Shown here in pieces: positions 40,784 to 51,205 of a stretch of 64,000 bases of DNA. How positions within the stretch are numbered: position 1 is the stretch's first letter; each line of letters opens with the position of its first letter. Under the pieces are notes generated by a model. It was not told the DNA's origin. It worked only from the letters and a program-made list of their open reading frames with translations, and ran no database searches. Source of the DNA: Gammaproteobacteria bacterium (GTDB lineage Bacteria; Pseudomonadota; Gammaproteobacteria; UBA4575); NCBI GenBank assembly GCA_965222615.1, contig CBDCUI010000007.1, positions 192,001 through 256,000 on the forward strand, in the 5' to 3' direction. Position numbers and translations under genes: made by a program.

Positions 40784-42133
40784 TCATTGGTCCCCAAACA
40801 CTGATTTCAAGCGATCTAGATAGCCCGCATCTTTTCCATCTTCCTCGTCAAGAATGGGTTGGTTGGGTTCCGCGGGCTCTGCGTCATCTTCAGAGTTGAA
40901 ATCCAAGATCTCATGATCATCAAATCCAACATGGCTATCCAAGATTTCACCATCGACAACAGAATCTGACAACGAGTGAGATACAGAAGGTTGACCTTTT
41001 TTATCTGTGTCATTTGATTTTTGGGTTTCGGACGGAAACTGTAAATTATCACTGGTATCATTAACGCTTTTAACCCCACCACCAAAATTAATCTGCCATT
41101 CAAGGTTGCCTCGAGAATCTGCATGGGAAAGCGCATCATCCAGCGATATCTTTTCACTTTTATATAAATCATATAAAGATTGGTCAAAGGTTTGCATCCC
41201 TGATGCAGCACCTTTTTCCATGATCGGTTTAATCTCACCAACCTCACCACGTTTAATAAGGTCAGAGATATAAGGAGTGTTAATCATTATCTCTACTGCA
41301 GGCACACGACCGCCTTCGACATTAGGAATTAAACGCTGCGAAACAATCCCGCGTAAGTTTAATGCCAAATCCATTAAGATTTGTGCTTTTCCATCTGATG
41401 GGAAAAAGTTTACAATACGGTCCAATGCTTGGTTAGCATTTACGGCGTGCAAGGTCGTTAAACAAAGGTGACCTGTATCGGCATAGGTGATAGCAGCTTC
41501 CATGGTTTCTTTATCACGCACCTCACCAATCATGATCAGATCCGGTGCTTCACGCATAGCTTCGCGCAAAGCATTTTCATAAGAAAGCGTATCCAGGCCT
41601 ACTTCACGTTGGCCAATAATGGATTTTTTATGACTGAATGCATATTCGATAGGATCTTCAATAGTAAGAATATGTCCCGTTTGATTTTTATTGCGGTGCT
41701 CAATCATCGATGCCAATGAGGTCGATTTACCAGAACCGGTAGAACCCACTACGATAACCAAACCATTTTTCTGCGCGACTAGCTTTTTAAGGATCGGGGG
41801 CAAACCTAAATCTTCTAATTCTGGAATATCGCCTTTGATGAATCGAATCACCATAGATACTTCACCACGTTGGTAATAGACATTGACACGAAAACGACCA
41901 GCACCTGCTACTGAAATACCAAGATTCATCTCCTTGGTCATTTCAAACTCGTTAACTTGTTGTTCATCCATGATGCTATATGCAATTTTCTGCACCACAC
42001 CAGGCTCTAGCACATTACGACTTACACGGCGCGTAACACCTTCTACTTTTGTGCATACTGGAGCACCTGTTGTAAAAAATAGGTCCGAGGCATTTTGCTC
42101 GACCATTAATTTTAGATATGGATCTATATTCAT
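40784..42133 (-). CDS. Second PilU-like type IV pilus retraction ATPase with acidic C-terminal extension
   Basis: GSTGSGKST, TIEDPIE, IGEVRD, TGHLCLTTLH, GMQTFDQ. Confidence 0.95.
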   Translation of the reverse strand: MNIDPYLKLMVEQNASDLFFTTGAPVCTKVEGVTRRVSRNVLEPGVVQKIAYSIMDEQQVNEFEMTKEMNLGISVAGAGRFRVNVYYQRGEVSMVIRFIKGDIPELEDLGLPPILKKLVAQKNGLVIVVGSTGSGKSTSLASMIEHRNKNQTGHILTIEDPIEYAFSHKKSIIGQREVGLDTLSYENALREAMREAPDLIMIGEVRDKETMEAAITYADTGHLCLTTLHAVNANQALDRIVNFFPSDGKAQILMDLALNLRGIVSQRLIPNVEGGRVPAVEIMINTPYISDLIKRGEVGEIKPIMEKGAASGMQTFDQSLYDLYKSEKISLDDALSHADSRGNLEWQINFGGGVKSVNDTSDNLQFPSETQKSNDTDKKGQPSVSHSLSDSVVDGEILDSHVGFDDHEILDFNSEDDAEPAEPNQPILDEEDGKDAGYLDRLKSVFGDQ

Positions 42134-43320
42134 CCAGTGTTAGCTCTTTTAACTGGGGCGATCAAGCCATCGTCTTTAGATGTTTCTTCCACCATTAAAT
42201 CATCGGTACCTTCGAGTAGATCTTGATCCGCAGAAGATTTGCTCTCCAATTTCAGGCGTAAGCGTAGATCGTTAACGGAATCTGCATTGCGCAAACCGTC
42301 TTCCATGGTAATTTGCCCTGCTTCGATAAGCTGGAACAAGTGCTGGTCAAAGGTTTGCATACCTTGCTCATTAGATTTGGCGATAAGCTCCTTCATTTGG
42401 TGTACATGTCCTTTAAATATGAGATCTGCCATCAGTGGGGAATTGAGCATCACTTCAACGGCTGGAATTCGACCATCACTATCTTTAATTGGCAATAGCC
42501 GTTGCGATACAACCGCCTTTAAGTTCAATGAAAGGTCCATCAACAGCTGATCACGACGATCATCTGGGAAAAAGTTAATAATACGATCTAGCGCTTGGTT
42601 AGTACTGTTTGCGTGTAATGTGGATAAACATAAGTGACCTGTTTCTGCAAATGCGATCGCGTATTCCATGGTTTCACGATCGCGTATCTCACCAATCAAT
42701 ATTACATCAGGGGCCTGTCGCAATGTGTTCTTCAGAGCAATATCATAGTCTTCTGTATCCACACCAACTTCACGTTGCGTGATAATACAATTCTTATGTT
42801 TATGTACAAATTCAATCGGGTCTTCAATTGTAACAATATGTCCAAAACTATTTTCGTTGCGGTAACCTACCATCGCAGCTAGAGAAGTTGACTTACCACT
42901 ACCGGTACCCCCCACGAAAATAACCATGCCGCGCTTGGTCATGGAGATGTCACGTAGTATGGGTGGCAACTTGAGTGATTCAAATTTAGGAATCTCTGAA
43001 TTGATGACACGCAATACCATGCCAGGGCTGCCACGTTGCGCAAAGGCATTAACACGAAAACGAGAAACATTAGGCAAACTAATTGCAAAGTTGCATTCTT
43101 GAGTCGCCTCAAATTCTCGTGATTGTTTATCGTTCATTATGGATCGAACTAAAACCTGTACATGGCTACTGGTAAGCGGTTGATTAGTCACCGGTACCAT
43201 CTTGCCGTCGATTTTCATTGAAGGTGGCGCACCAACCGTAACAAACAAGTCTGAACCACCTTTAGTTAATAGGTTACGCAACAAGTCATGCATGAAACTA
43301 ATCGCTTTATCTCTATCCAT
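42130..43320 (-). CDS. pilU: Type IV pilus retraction ATPase PilU
   Basis: GGTGSGKSTSLAAM, NTLRQAPDVILIGEIRD, ADSVNDLRLRLKL. Confidence 0.96.
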   Translation of the reverse strand: MDRDKAISFMHDLLRNLLTKGGSDLFVTVGAPPSMKIDGKMVPVTNQPLTSSHVQVLVRSIMNDKQSREFEATQECNFAISLPNVSRFRVNAFAQRGSPGMVLRVINSEIPKFESLKLPPILRDISMTKRGMVIFVGGTGSGKSTSLAAMVGYRNENSFGHIVTIEDPIEFVHKHKNCIITQREVGVDTEDYDIALKNTLRQAPDVILIGEIRDRETMEYAIAFAETGHLCLSTLHANSTNQALDRIINFFPDDRRDQLLMDLSLNLKAVVSQRLLPIKDSDGRIPAVEVMLNSPLMADLIFKGHVHQMKELIAKSNEQGMQTFDQHLFQLIEAGQITMEDGLRNADSVNDLRLRLKLESKSSADQDLLEGTDDLMVEETSKDDGLIAPVKRANTG

Positions 43321-43358
43321 AACTATTTTCCCTGTGGTTTGCCCTTAAATTATTTAGT

Positions 43359-44393
43359 TTAAAATTCATCTTTATTAGCGGCCTTGCGACGCGCCTCTTC
43401 ACGCGAAATAAGCCCTTTTGCCGCGATTTCTTTTAAATTTTGATCTAGTGTCTGCATGCCAACAGAGTTACCGGTTTGAATAGCAGAATACATCTGAGCC
43501 ACTTTATCTTCGCGAATCAGATTTCGAATCGCCGGTGTGCCAATCATGATTTCGTGTGCGGCGACACGACCTCCACCAATTTTTCTACACAAGGTTTGTG
43601 AAATAACCGAACGTAGTGATTCCGAAAGCATGGAACGCACCATATCTTTCTCCGCACCTGGAAATACATCCACGATACGATCTATAGTCTTTGCTGCCGA
43701 ACTTGTATGCAAAGTACCAAACACCAAGTGTCCGGTTTCTGCTGCGGTGAGCGCCAAACGAATGGTTTCTAAATCTCGTAACTCACCGACAAGAATGGTG
43801 TCAGGATCCTCACGTAGAGCAGATCGTAATGCCTCATTAAACCCTAATGTATCTCGATGAACTTCACGTTGGTTAATAAGACTTTTTTTACTTTCATGGA
43901 CAAATTCAATTGGGTCTTCAATTGTCAAAATATGACTGTATTCATTTTCGTTTTTGTGATCCATCATCGCAGCAAGCGTAGTCGACTTACCTGAACCTGT
44001 GGGCCCGGTAACTAATACAATGCCTCGTGGATAACTTGCGATCTCAGCAAAAATTTTTGGGCAATTAAGTTCTTCAAGTGTGAGAATTTTACTAGGGATT
44101 GTTCGGAATACTGCACCTGCACCACGATTTTGTATAAATGCATTCACACGGAAACGTGCAAGGCCTGGGATTTCAAATGAAAAATCCGTCTCTAAAAATT
44201 CTTCATAATCCTTGCGCTGTTTGTCGTTCATGATGTCATAAACCATTTCATGAACTTGGCGATGCTCCATTATCGGTACATTAATGCGTCTTACATCACC
44301 ATCCACTCGAATCATGGGTGGGACACCTGCGGAAAGATGTAAATCGGATGCGCCATTTTTGACACTAAAGGCAAGTAGCTGAGATATATCCAC
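43359..44393 (-). CDS. pilT: Type IV pilus retraction ATPase PilT
   Basis: GPTGSGKSTT, ALREDPD, AIRNLIRE motif. Confidence 0.99.
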   Translation of the reverse strand: MDISQLLAFSVKNGASDLHLSAGVPPMIRVDGDVRRINVPIMEHRQVHEMVYDIMNDKQRKDYEEFLETDFSFEIPGLARFRVNAFIQNRGAGAVFRTIPSKILTLEELNCPKIFAEIASYPRGIVLVTGPTGSGKSTTLAAMMDHKNENEYSHILTIEDPIEFVHESKKSLINQREVHRDTLGFNEALRSALREDPDTILVGELRDLETIRLALTAAETGHLVFGTLHTSSAAKTIDRIVDVFPGAEKDMVRSMLSESLRSVISQTLCRKIGGGRVAAHEIMIGTPAIRNLIREDKVAQMYSAIQTGNSVGMQTLDQNLKEIAAKGLISREEARRKAANKDEF

Positions 44394-44688
44394 GAATACT
44401 CCTTAAATCTAGCTCTGTTGAACAAGCGTGGTGTTAATACACTCCCTGTGTAACCCATCCCACCTCAGTTAGTTAGAGGCATATACTTCTGGGCTAAAAA
44501 GGATAATATCGATAGTGTTATGCGGTTGATATGGTGCTGCTGAACTATTCTCGACGAGCCGAATCATTCATACGACTAGCTGCTAGCTGATAAGATTAGA
44601 TCGAGATTTTCCAGGCCAAATATCGCCATATAGCTTTGTTTGAGAATAGGCCCTTTAGTACCAACATTAGTAAATAATAATCGATTGC

Positions 44689-45375
44689 ATGAACGCATCT
44701 ATAGACACTCGGCTTACTGAACTCAAGGCACGTATTCAACAAATAGAGTCAAAATACCAACGCAAAGCTGGCAGCACTCATTTATTGGCCGTCAGTAAAA
44801 CTAAATCAGTAGCGCAAATAAACAAAGCCATCGCATGTGAACAACAAGATTTTGGTGAAAATTATACACAAGAAGCAATTGAAAAAATTTCTGCTTTATC
44901 AAATAAAGATCTTCGCTGGCACTTTATAGGACCTATTCAAAAAAATAAAACCAAACAAATCGCAGAACATTTTGATTGGGTACATAGTATCGATCGATTA
45001 ATTATTGCAGAACGATTGAATGTTCAACGACCAAAATCATTACCTCCCTTGCAAGTATGCATCCAGGTAAATATCGATAATGAACGATCAAAATCTGGTG
45101 TACCTATAGAGGAGGTGCAAAATCTGGCAGAGTCAATAAACAAGCTTACACGAGTTAAGCTACGTGGTTTGATGACAATTCCGCGAACAAGAAGTGACTT
45201 AAACGAGCAACGACAACCTTTCAAACAATTGCGGATACTGCTTGTGAAATTAAATGAGATCGGGCTTAATCTGGATACCTTATCAATGGGAATGAGTGGA
45301 GACCTAGAGGCAGCAATAGCTGAAGGTGCGACAATCGTTCGTATCGGTACAGCAATTTTTGGTAAACGAACATGA
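44689..45375 (+). CDS. yggS: PLP homeostasis protein YggS
   Basis: LLAVSKT, FGENY.QE, WHFIGPIQKNK, SMGMSGD, VRIGTAIFG. Confidence 0.97.
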   Translation: MNASIDTRLTELKARIQQIESKYQRKAGSTHLLAVSKTKSVAQINKAIACEQQDFGENYTQEAIEKISALSNKDLRWHFIGPIQKNKTKQIAEHFDWVHSIDRLIIAERLNVQRPKSLPPLQVCIQVNIDNERSKSGVPIEEVQNLAESINKLTRVKLRGLMTIPRTRSDLNEQRQPFKQLRILLVKLNEIGLNLDTLSMGMSGDLEAAIAEGATIVRIGTAIFGKRT

Positions 45376-46220
45376 AATCAGAACTAGAAACCTTAAACAT
45401 TGCTTTTATAGGTGGTGGCAATATGGGGCAAGCCTTAGTTCAAGGTTTGCTGGAAAGTGGTTATGCCGCTGAGAACATCACTATTATAGATACGGACCAG
45501 GAAACCTGCGCAAAACTGAAAAAACAATTTCCACAGTGTCATGTGTTATCACAGACGGAAGCCGCCTTGCATATCGCCGACTTGGTCGTATTAGCCGTCA
45601 AACCTCAATCGATGCAACAGGCATGTGAACAAATTGCAGAACAGTGTCAATCCACTCGTCCCTTGATCATATCCATTGCGGCAGGTATACCCACTGCAGA
45701 TATCGATCATTGGCTAGGCGGGGGCTTGGCCATCGTCCGCTGCATGCCAAATACACCTGCCTTAGTACAATCTGGCACTACTGGATTATATGCAAATGCC
45801 GAAGTAGTGGCATACCAACGTGAGATAACAAATGGCATTCTTGGCAGTGTAGGTTCAATTTTATGGTTAAACGACGAGGAAATGTTGAATGCGGTCACTG
45901 CAGTATCAGGTAGCGGACCCGCCTATTTCTTTTACCTGATCGAGGCCATGCTTGAAGCCGGCTTAGCACTCGGTTTAAATGAGACGCAAGCACGTCAACT
46001 TACCATTGATACCGCAGCAGGAGCAGCAAAGCTGATTGAAAAAACTGCTAAAACACCACAAGAATTACGGCGTGCAGTAACCTCCAAAGGAGGAACAACT
46101 GAGGCAGCTATTTCGACTTTAGATCAGAATAATATGAAGCGTATTATCCAATCTGCTATTACAAATGCAGCAACAAGAGCAAAAGAATTATCCTCAAGCA
46201 CCACAATAAATAAAGGTTAA
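45372..46220 (+). CDS. proC: Pyrroline-5-carboxylate reductase
   Basis: FIGGGNMG, LAVKPQ, RCMPNTP, SGSGPAY, VTSKGGTT. Confidence 0.98.
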   Translation: MKSELETLNIAFIGGGNMGQALVQGLLESGYAAENITIIDTDQETCAKLKKQFPQCHVLSQTEAALHIADLVVLAVKPQSMQQACEQIAEQCQSTRPLIISIAAGIPTADIDHWLGGGLAIVRCMPNTPALVQSGTTGLYANAEVVAYQREITNGILGSVGSILWLNDEEMLNAVTAVSGSGPAYFFYLIEAMLEAGLALGLNETQARQLTIDTAAGAAKLIEKTAKTPQELRRAVTSKGGTTEAAISTLDQNNMKRIIQSAITNAATRAKELSSSTTINKG

Positions 46221-46226
46221 GTAAAT

Positions 46227-46778
46227 ATGGATCCGCTAGTTAATGTGCTTGTTTTTCTGATACACATTTTTGTTACTCTATATATATACATTGTCCTCAT
46301 TCGAATGATTTTGGGTTATACCAAAGCAGATTTTTATAATCCCTTTTCACAATTTATTGTAACGGCAACCAGTCCAGTTCTCCGACCACTAAGAAAATTT
46401 ATCCCTAGCATAGGCCAAGTAGATACTGCTGCACTAGTTTTGGTTTTTGTACTTAAGTTTGCGGAACTGTTTCTTACTAATTTTCTTGTTGGGAAAAATA
46501 TAGTACTAAGTTCACTTATCATGCCAACAATCTTTGGCTTGATTAACTTAGTGTTAAACTTGTTTATATTTGCAATCATCGTATTAGTAGTCATTAGCTG
46601 GATTGCTCCACACCTACACGCTCAAAACAATCCATTGGCATCTGTATTGCGCTCTATCACTGAACCACTGATACGCCCTGCAAGAAAATTAATCCCTCCG
46701 ATCGGTATATTTGACCTATCAACTTTTGTGGTTTTAATTGCCTTGTATTCTGTAAAAATATTCATAAACTCATTTTAG
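46227..46778 (+). CDS. yggT: YggT family membrane protein
   Basis: ADFYNPFSQF..PLRKFIP; TEPLIRPARKLIPPIG.FDLS. Confidence 0.93.
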   Translation: MDPLVNVLVFLIHIFVTLYIYIVLIRMILGYTKADFYNPFSQFIVTATSPVLRPLRKFIPSIGQVDTAALVLVFVLKFAELFLTNFLVGKNIVLSSLIMPTIFGLINLVLNLFIFAIIVLVVISWIAPHLHAQNNPLASVLRSITEPLIRPARKLIPPIGIFDLSTFVVLIALYSVKIFINSF

Positions 46779-46880
46779 TTTCTAAATGAATCTTTGATTT
46801 AATGCTATACAAGCATTAAATCATTGCGTGCAACTAATGCACTCATTACACTGCATAGCAAACTAACTAATAGTATTCGC

Positions 46881-48017
46881 ATGCCTGACACAATACCGGC
46901 TGACTCTGTTGGTCTCGTAGAGACAAAAACTATCACCATCAAAAAACCTTTGGCTCTTGATTGTGGTCGCACGTTACCTGAATTTACACTGGCTTATGAA
47001 ACCTATGGCGAACTAAACTCGGACCGAAGTAACGCCATTTTAATTTGCCATGCCTTGTCAGGAGATCAACACGCAGCAGGTTATTACGCTATGCAAGACC
47101 GCAAACCTGGTTGGTGGGATAATTGTATCGGTCCTGGAAAACCCTTTGATAGTAACGATTTTTTTATCGTCTGCCCAAATAATTTAGGTGGCTGTAAAGG
47201 CAGTAGTGGACCAACGACAACTAACCCTAAAACCGGAAAACCCTACGGACCTGGCTTCCCTTTAGTGACTGTACGCGATTGGGTATTAAGTCAAAGCCAT
47301 CTCGCCGATGAACTCGGCATTCAACAGTGGGCCGCTGTAATTGGTGGCAGTTTAGGTGGCATGCAAGTCATGCAATGGGCAATCGATTTTCCGAAGCGTA
47401 TACGTCATGCATTAGTCATCGCTGCAGCTCCTAAACTTACCGCACAAAATATTGCTTTTAACGAAGTTGCGCGCCAGGCAATTTTTTCTGATCCCAACTT
47501 TCATCAAGGACGCTATTACGAACATAATACTGTGCCCAGACAAGGCTTGATGCTGGCACGCATGTTAGGACATATCACTTATTTATCTGATGACGCAATG
47601 CGTGAAAAATTTGGTCGTGATTTGCGTGAAGGTAAACTTAATTTTGGTTTTGACGTTGAATTTCAGGTAGAGAGTTATTTGCGCTATCAAGGCAAGTCTT
47701 TTGTAGACCGATTTGATGCAAATACATATCTTATTATGACCAAAGTGTTGGATTACTTTGATCCGGCATTAAACTTTAATCATAATTTAGCTCAAGCATT
47801 TAATGAAACCGATGCAAGTTTTTTAGTTGTGTCATTTACAGGTGACTGGAGATTCTCTCCTGCACGTTCCAGGGAAATTGTGCGTGCCTTAATTGCTGCA
47901 AACAAAAAAGTCAGCTATGTAGAAATTGAGGCCGAGCTTGGGCACGATGCTTTTTTAACCACAATTCCTGAATATCATGCAGCTTTGCATGCTTACATAA
48001 ACACCATTCAAGCATGA
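46881..48017 (+). CDS. metX: Homoserine O-acyltransferase (MetX fold; acetyl versus succinyl not resolved)
   Basis: [30 protein letters not shown]. Start moved to ATG 46881. Confidence 0.96.
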   Translation: MPDTIPADSVGLVETKTITIKKPLALDCGRTLPEFTLAYETYGELNSDRSNAILICHALSGDQHAAGYYAMQDRKPGWWDNCIGPGKPFDSNDFFIVCPNNLGGCKGSSGPTTTNPKTGKPYGPGFPLVTVRDWVLSQSHLADELGIQQWAAVIGGSLGGMQVMQWAIDFPKRIRHALVIAAAPKLTAQNIAFNEVARQAIFSDPNFHQGRYYEHNTVPRQGLMLARMLGHITYLSDDAMREKFGRDLREGKLNFGFDVEFQVESYLRYQGKSFVDRFDANTYLIMTKVLDYFDPALNFNHNLAQAFNETDASFLVVSFTGDWRFSPARSREIVRALIAANKKVSYVEIEAELGHDAFLTTIPEYHAALHAYINTIQA

Positions 48018-48625
48018 CAGATCGATTACGACCAGATTTAGAAATTATCAGCGAGTGGATAAAGCCCAATACGAGAATATTGGATTTAGGCTGTGGTGAC
48101 GGCACATTGCTTACTCACCTTCTACGCACACGCAATGTAACTGGTTATGGTCTTGAGATCGATGGGGAAAACATACTTCAATGTATAGTAAAAGGGGTCC
48201 AAGTTATCCAAACCAACCTGGATGAAGGCATCACAGAATTTTTTGATGAAAACACATTTGATTATGTAGTGATGACTCAAACTCTCCAAGCGATCCAAAA
48301 CCCTGAAAAGCTACTGGATGAGATGTTACGCATTGGCAAAGAAGGCATTGTCACCTTTCCTAATATGGCATATTGGAAAAACCGAATTCAGCTTGGCTTA
48401 GGTGGGCATATGCCAATGACACGAACTTTGCCAAATGACTGGTTTGACACACCCAACATTCACCTCTGTTCAATCAACGATTTCGAAAGCTTATGCAAAC
48501 AACGGAGTATAAAAATTATCCAAATGACGGCGGTAGACTACGCACATCGGCATAGCTTGGGAATAAAATTATTCCCAAATCTGCTTGGTGAAATTGCTTT
48601 ATACCGCTTTTGTAAAAGTTCCTGA
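48014..48625 (+). CDS. metW: Methionine biosynthesis protein MetW
   Basis: [26 protein letters not shown]; overlaps metX. Confidence 0.96.
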   Translation: MTDRLRPDLEIISEWIKPNTRILDLGCGDGTLLTHLLRTRNVTGYGLEIDGENILQCIVKGVQVIQTNLDEGITEFFDENTFDYVVMTQTLQAIQNPEKLLDEMLRIGKEGIVTFPNMAYWKNRIQLGLGGHMPMTRTLPNDWFDTPNIHLCSINDFESLCKQRSIKIIQMTAVDYAHRHSLGIKLFPNLLGEIALYRFCKSS

Positions 48626-48821
48626 CTAGGGCTTTATCCCCATAAATACAGAAAAAGGATGACAGCCGAGATAAATTAGATACAATAATAAAGACTGAAG
48701 AATTTGCAAAATTGCCTATTTCTTCGCACTTTTTTGATAGTTACTATTGTATTTTTTTACTTTGTGCTTAATCATACGCCCCACTTAAATATGTTAATTT
48801 TAATGACTAGAGGACTATTGC

Positions 48822-49145
48822 ATGGCCGCTACTAATTCAGCTAAGAAACCACCCACTAAATCAGAAATCTTAAATCATATTGCTGCAGAAACTGATCTTT
48901 CTCGTAAACAAGTAGCAGCAGTATTTCAATCTCTCGAAGGTTTGATCGCTAAAGAATTAAAACCTCGTGGCTCAGGTCTTTTTAATTTGCCAGGCTTATT
49001 AAAAATTAAAGTAATCAAAAAACCTGCTAGAAAAGCACGCAAAGGCATCAATCCTTTCACGGGTGAAGAAATGATGTTTAAAGCAAAACCGGCTAGCAAA
49101 GGTGTTAAAGTTTTACCGCTTAAAGGCTTAAAAACTATGGTCTAA
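48822..49145 (+). CDS. HU-family DNA-binding protein
   Basis: TKSEIL.HIA..DLSRKQV; LPGLLKI..KPARKARKGINPFTGEE..KAKPA. Confidence 0.93.
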   Translation: MAATNSAKKPPTKSEILNHIAAETDLSRKQVAAVFQSLEGLIAKELKPRGSGLFNLPGLLKIKVIKKPARKARKGINPFTGEEMMFKAKPASKGVKVLPLKGLKTMV

Positions 49146-49319
49146 AGCCGCAGGCACCTCTGATCCATTCGGGGCTTGTATTTTGTGTCTGAAAGTAACT
49201 AGCTTTTTCGTTGCCGAACTTCGTAAAGGCTAGTTATCGTGTGCGGCTCACGTTTGGGGTTTGAACACATTTTAGTTCACTGTTTACTTCGCCCAGAATA
49301 AATCTGCGGATCTTATACC

Positions 49320-49347
49320 AAGGTGCTTTTCGCACCTTTTCATTTTT
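49320..49347 (+). terminator. Intrinsic terminator
   Basis: AAGGTGC-TTTTC-GCACCTT followed by TTCATTTTT, between convergent genes. Confidence 0.7.
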
Positions 49348-49350
49348 AGC

Positions 49351-49800
49351 TCAGTTCTCCATTACCTGAAGTTTAGTCTGAATAAACATACTGTGTGGCA
49401 CATATAGCAAGTCCGCAATTTTTCTAATTTGATATTCTTCATATTTATCCAGCTTGCTGTCTGCAAACGCGATACGCCACAAGTCTAGCATTAATGCTTT
49501 TTTCTCTTCTGCACTACAACCTTCGTTTATTATTTTCACAAATGGATAGATGGATACATGGTTTTCCTGCTCTGTAAGTGCAAGATGAATTAAGTTTTGT
49601 GTCTCTGCATCACTAAAATTAAATCTTTCCTTGAACACTTTTGCAATGGCTTCTAGCTCTTCTTTCTGAATATCAAAATCTGCACGGCTCACTTCCAACA
49701 ATAAAGTCGCCGAAGCCAAATGCATCAGATGTTCGTCATCAATAACTTCTCGCTCTGGAGAAACCTTATCTTGAATATATGCCGCTAAAGATTTAAACAT
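49351..49800 (-). CDS. TerB-family protein
   Basis: LASATLLLEVSRADF; LWRIAFAD.KLDKYEE..IRKIADLLYV. Confidence 0.9.
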   Translation of the reverse strand: MFKSLAAYIQDKVSPEREVIDDEHLMHLASATLLLEVSRADFDIQKEELEAIAKVFKERFNFSDAETQNLIHLALTEQENHVSIYPFVKIINEGCSAEEKKALMLDLWRIAFADSKLDKYEEYQIRKIADLLYVPHSMFIQTKLQVMEN

Positions 49801-49871
49801 ACAGAGTAAACTCTAATCTATTCATGTGATCATACCCGTACTTTAAATATCCAGAATATATTAGAAGTTAT

Positions 49872-50183
49872 TTAATTTTGTATTCGATAATTTCGGTAGA
49901 CTCCACCTTCAAAGCAGTCAAAATAATCTTCAGTAAGAGGATGAGTGATCGGCTTCTGGCTAGTATCTGGGGCAATATGTCTTTCCGCCACATAGGTTGT
50001 CATAAGTTGCCCGTCAACAAGCACATGGTACCAAGGCTTATCTTTTGGAGGCTTGGATTTTGCTACACGCTCATACCACTCATTTGTACCACTATAATTT
50101 GCGTCCACATCAAAAATGACTCCACGGTAATTAAATTTTTTATGCACGATGATTTGACCAATTGAATATAAGGCTTTGTTCAT
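49872..50183 (-). CDS. hspQ: Heat shock protein HspQ
   Basis: IGQIIVHKKFNYRGVIFDVD, PWYHVLVD, TYVAE. Confidence 0.93.
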   Translation of the reverse strand: MNKALYSIGQIIVHKKFNYRGVIFDVDANYSGTNEWYERVAKSKPPKDKPWYHVLVDGQLMTTYVAERHIAPDTSQKPITHPLTEDYFDCFEGGVYRNYRIQN

Positions 50184-50391
50184 CGAAAACTCCTGGGTTT
50201 TATAACAAACTTGCTAATTACTTGAATAATATAACGCAAATTTTCGGCATTTCTAAATAGACATTAACTGGAGTGTATACGTTCAATATTGATAAATGGT
50301 ATAAATGCTAGAATCTGCTAGGCTATATAAGATCAGAATTTTAATAATAAAATAATAAACTGGTCTGTTTGTATAAAAATAGAGGCCCTAT

Positions 50392-50676
50392 ATGGCAACA
50401 AGAAGTAAAGAACAGCGCATATTAGTCGTGATGCGAAAATTGCTGGCGCAAATTGTAAAAGACACCACACCTGGGCCAGGCATGCGCCACCCCCTTAGCG
50501 AACAAACTATCAAGGATATCCGAGACTGCTTTAGTTTAATTGCAGCCCGTGAGCGGGAATTGACAGAACAAGCTGGAATTGAAAATAAGGATAGGCCCCA
50601 TTTTATAGATGAGCCAAAGACTTCGACAATCTTAAAATTTAAACCTCCAGGCAATAAACCAGAAAACGATAAGTAA
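50392..50676 (+). CDS. Hypothetical protein
   Basis: SD AGAGG; SKEQRIL..MRK.LA.IVKDTTP.PG..HPLS..TI.DIR.CF.LI.ARE.EL reads as a real globular protein; function unknown. Confidence 0.8.
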   Translation: MATRSKEQRILVVMRKLLAQIVKDTTPGPGMRHPLSEQTIKDIRDCFSLIAARERELTEQAGIENKDRPHFIDEPKTSTILKFKPPGNKPENDK

Positions 50677-50719
50677 TTTTCTGTACTTTCTATATCAGAT
50701 GTTGTGTCTGATCAGTTTT

Positions 50720-51118
50720 ATGCCTTCTGATTCACAACAAAATCTCATCCAAATAACAAGACATACCATGCGCATATTGGACGAATGGGGGCTATCTGGT
50801 AAGGATATTATTAGTATTTTGGCACTACCCAATAAAACTCGTAGCCGCCATCTCGAGCGATTTCGTGATGATACTGCATTTCCAGAAAGTGAAAAAACCA
50901 TGCAACGAATAGAGCATATTGCTGGAATTGCTGATGCATTACGCACTAGTTATCCACGCAATGCTCAAATGGGCATTATTTGGATGCGCACACCGCATAA
51001 GCGATTTGCAAATCGATCGCCCTTACAAGTTTTGTCAGAACGCGGTTTAAGTGGCCTGTGAACTGTACGAGCTGAGTTAGATTGTGCTTTTGCATGGGAT
51101 GAATCTAGTACAGATTAA
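50720..51118 (+). CDS. Xre/MbcA/ParS antitoxin-like (DUF2384-type) protein with an in-frame TGA at 51059
   Basis: ERIxH-like QRIEHIAGIADALRTSYP..W..TP..RF..RSPL; the frame continues after the TGA with TVRAELDCAFAWDESSTD*. Confidence 0.65.
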
Positions 51119-51205
51119 AAATACATAAACTACCCTACAGTTTGTTTCATCAACTTAAATCCATGCTTATAATGTATCTCTTCTATTAACAGTATCTATT
51201 TATAG

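Noticed and set aside
49146-49347. SRP RNA, 6S RNA or tRNA identity for the structured region
   Set aside because: No SRP helix-8 motif, no tRNA T-loop or cloverleaf, and it is branched rather than a 6S-like rod.
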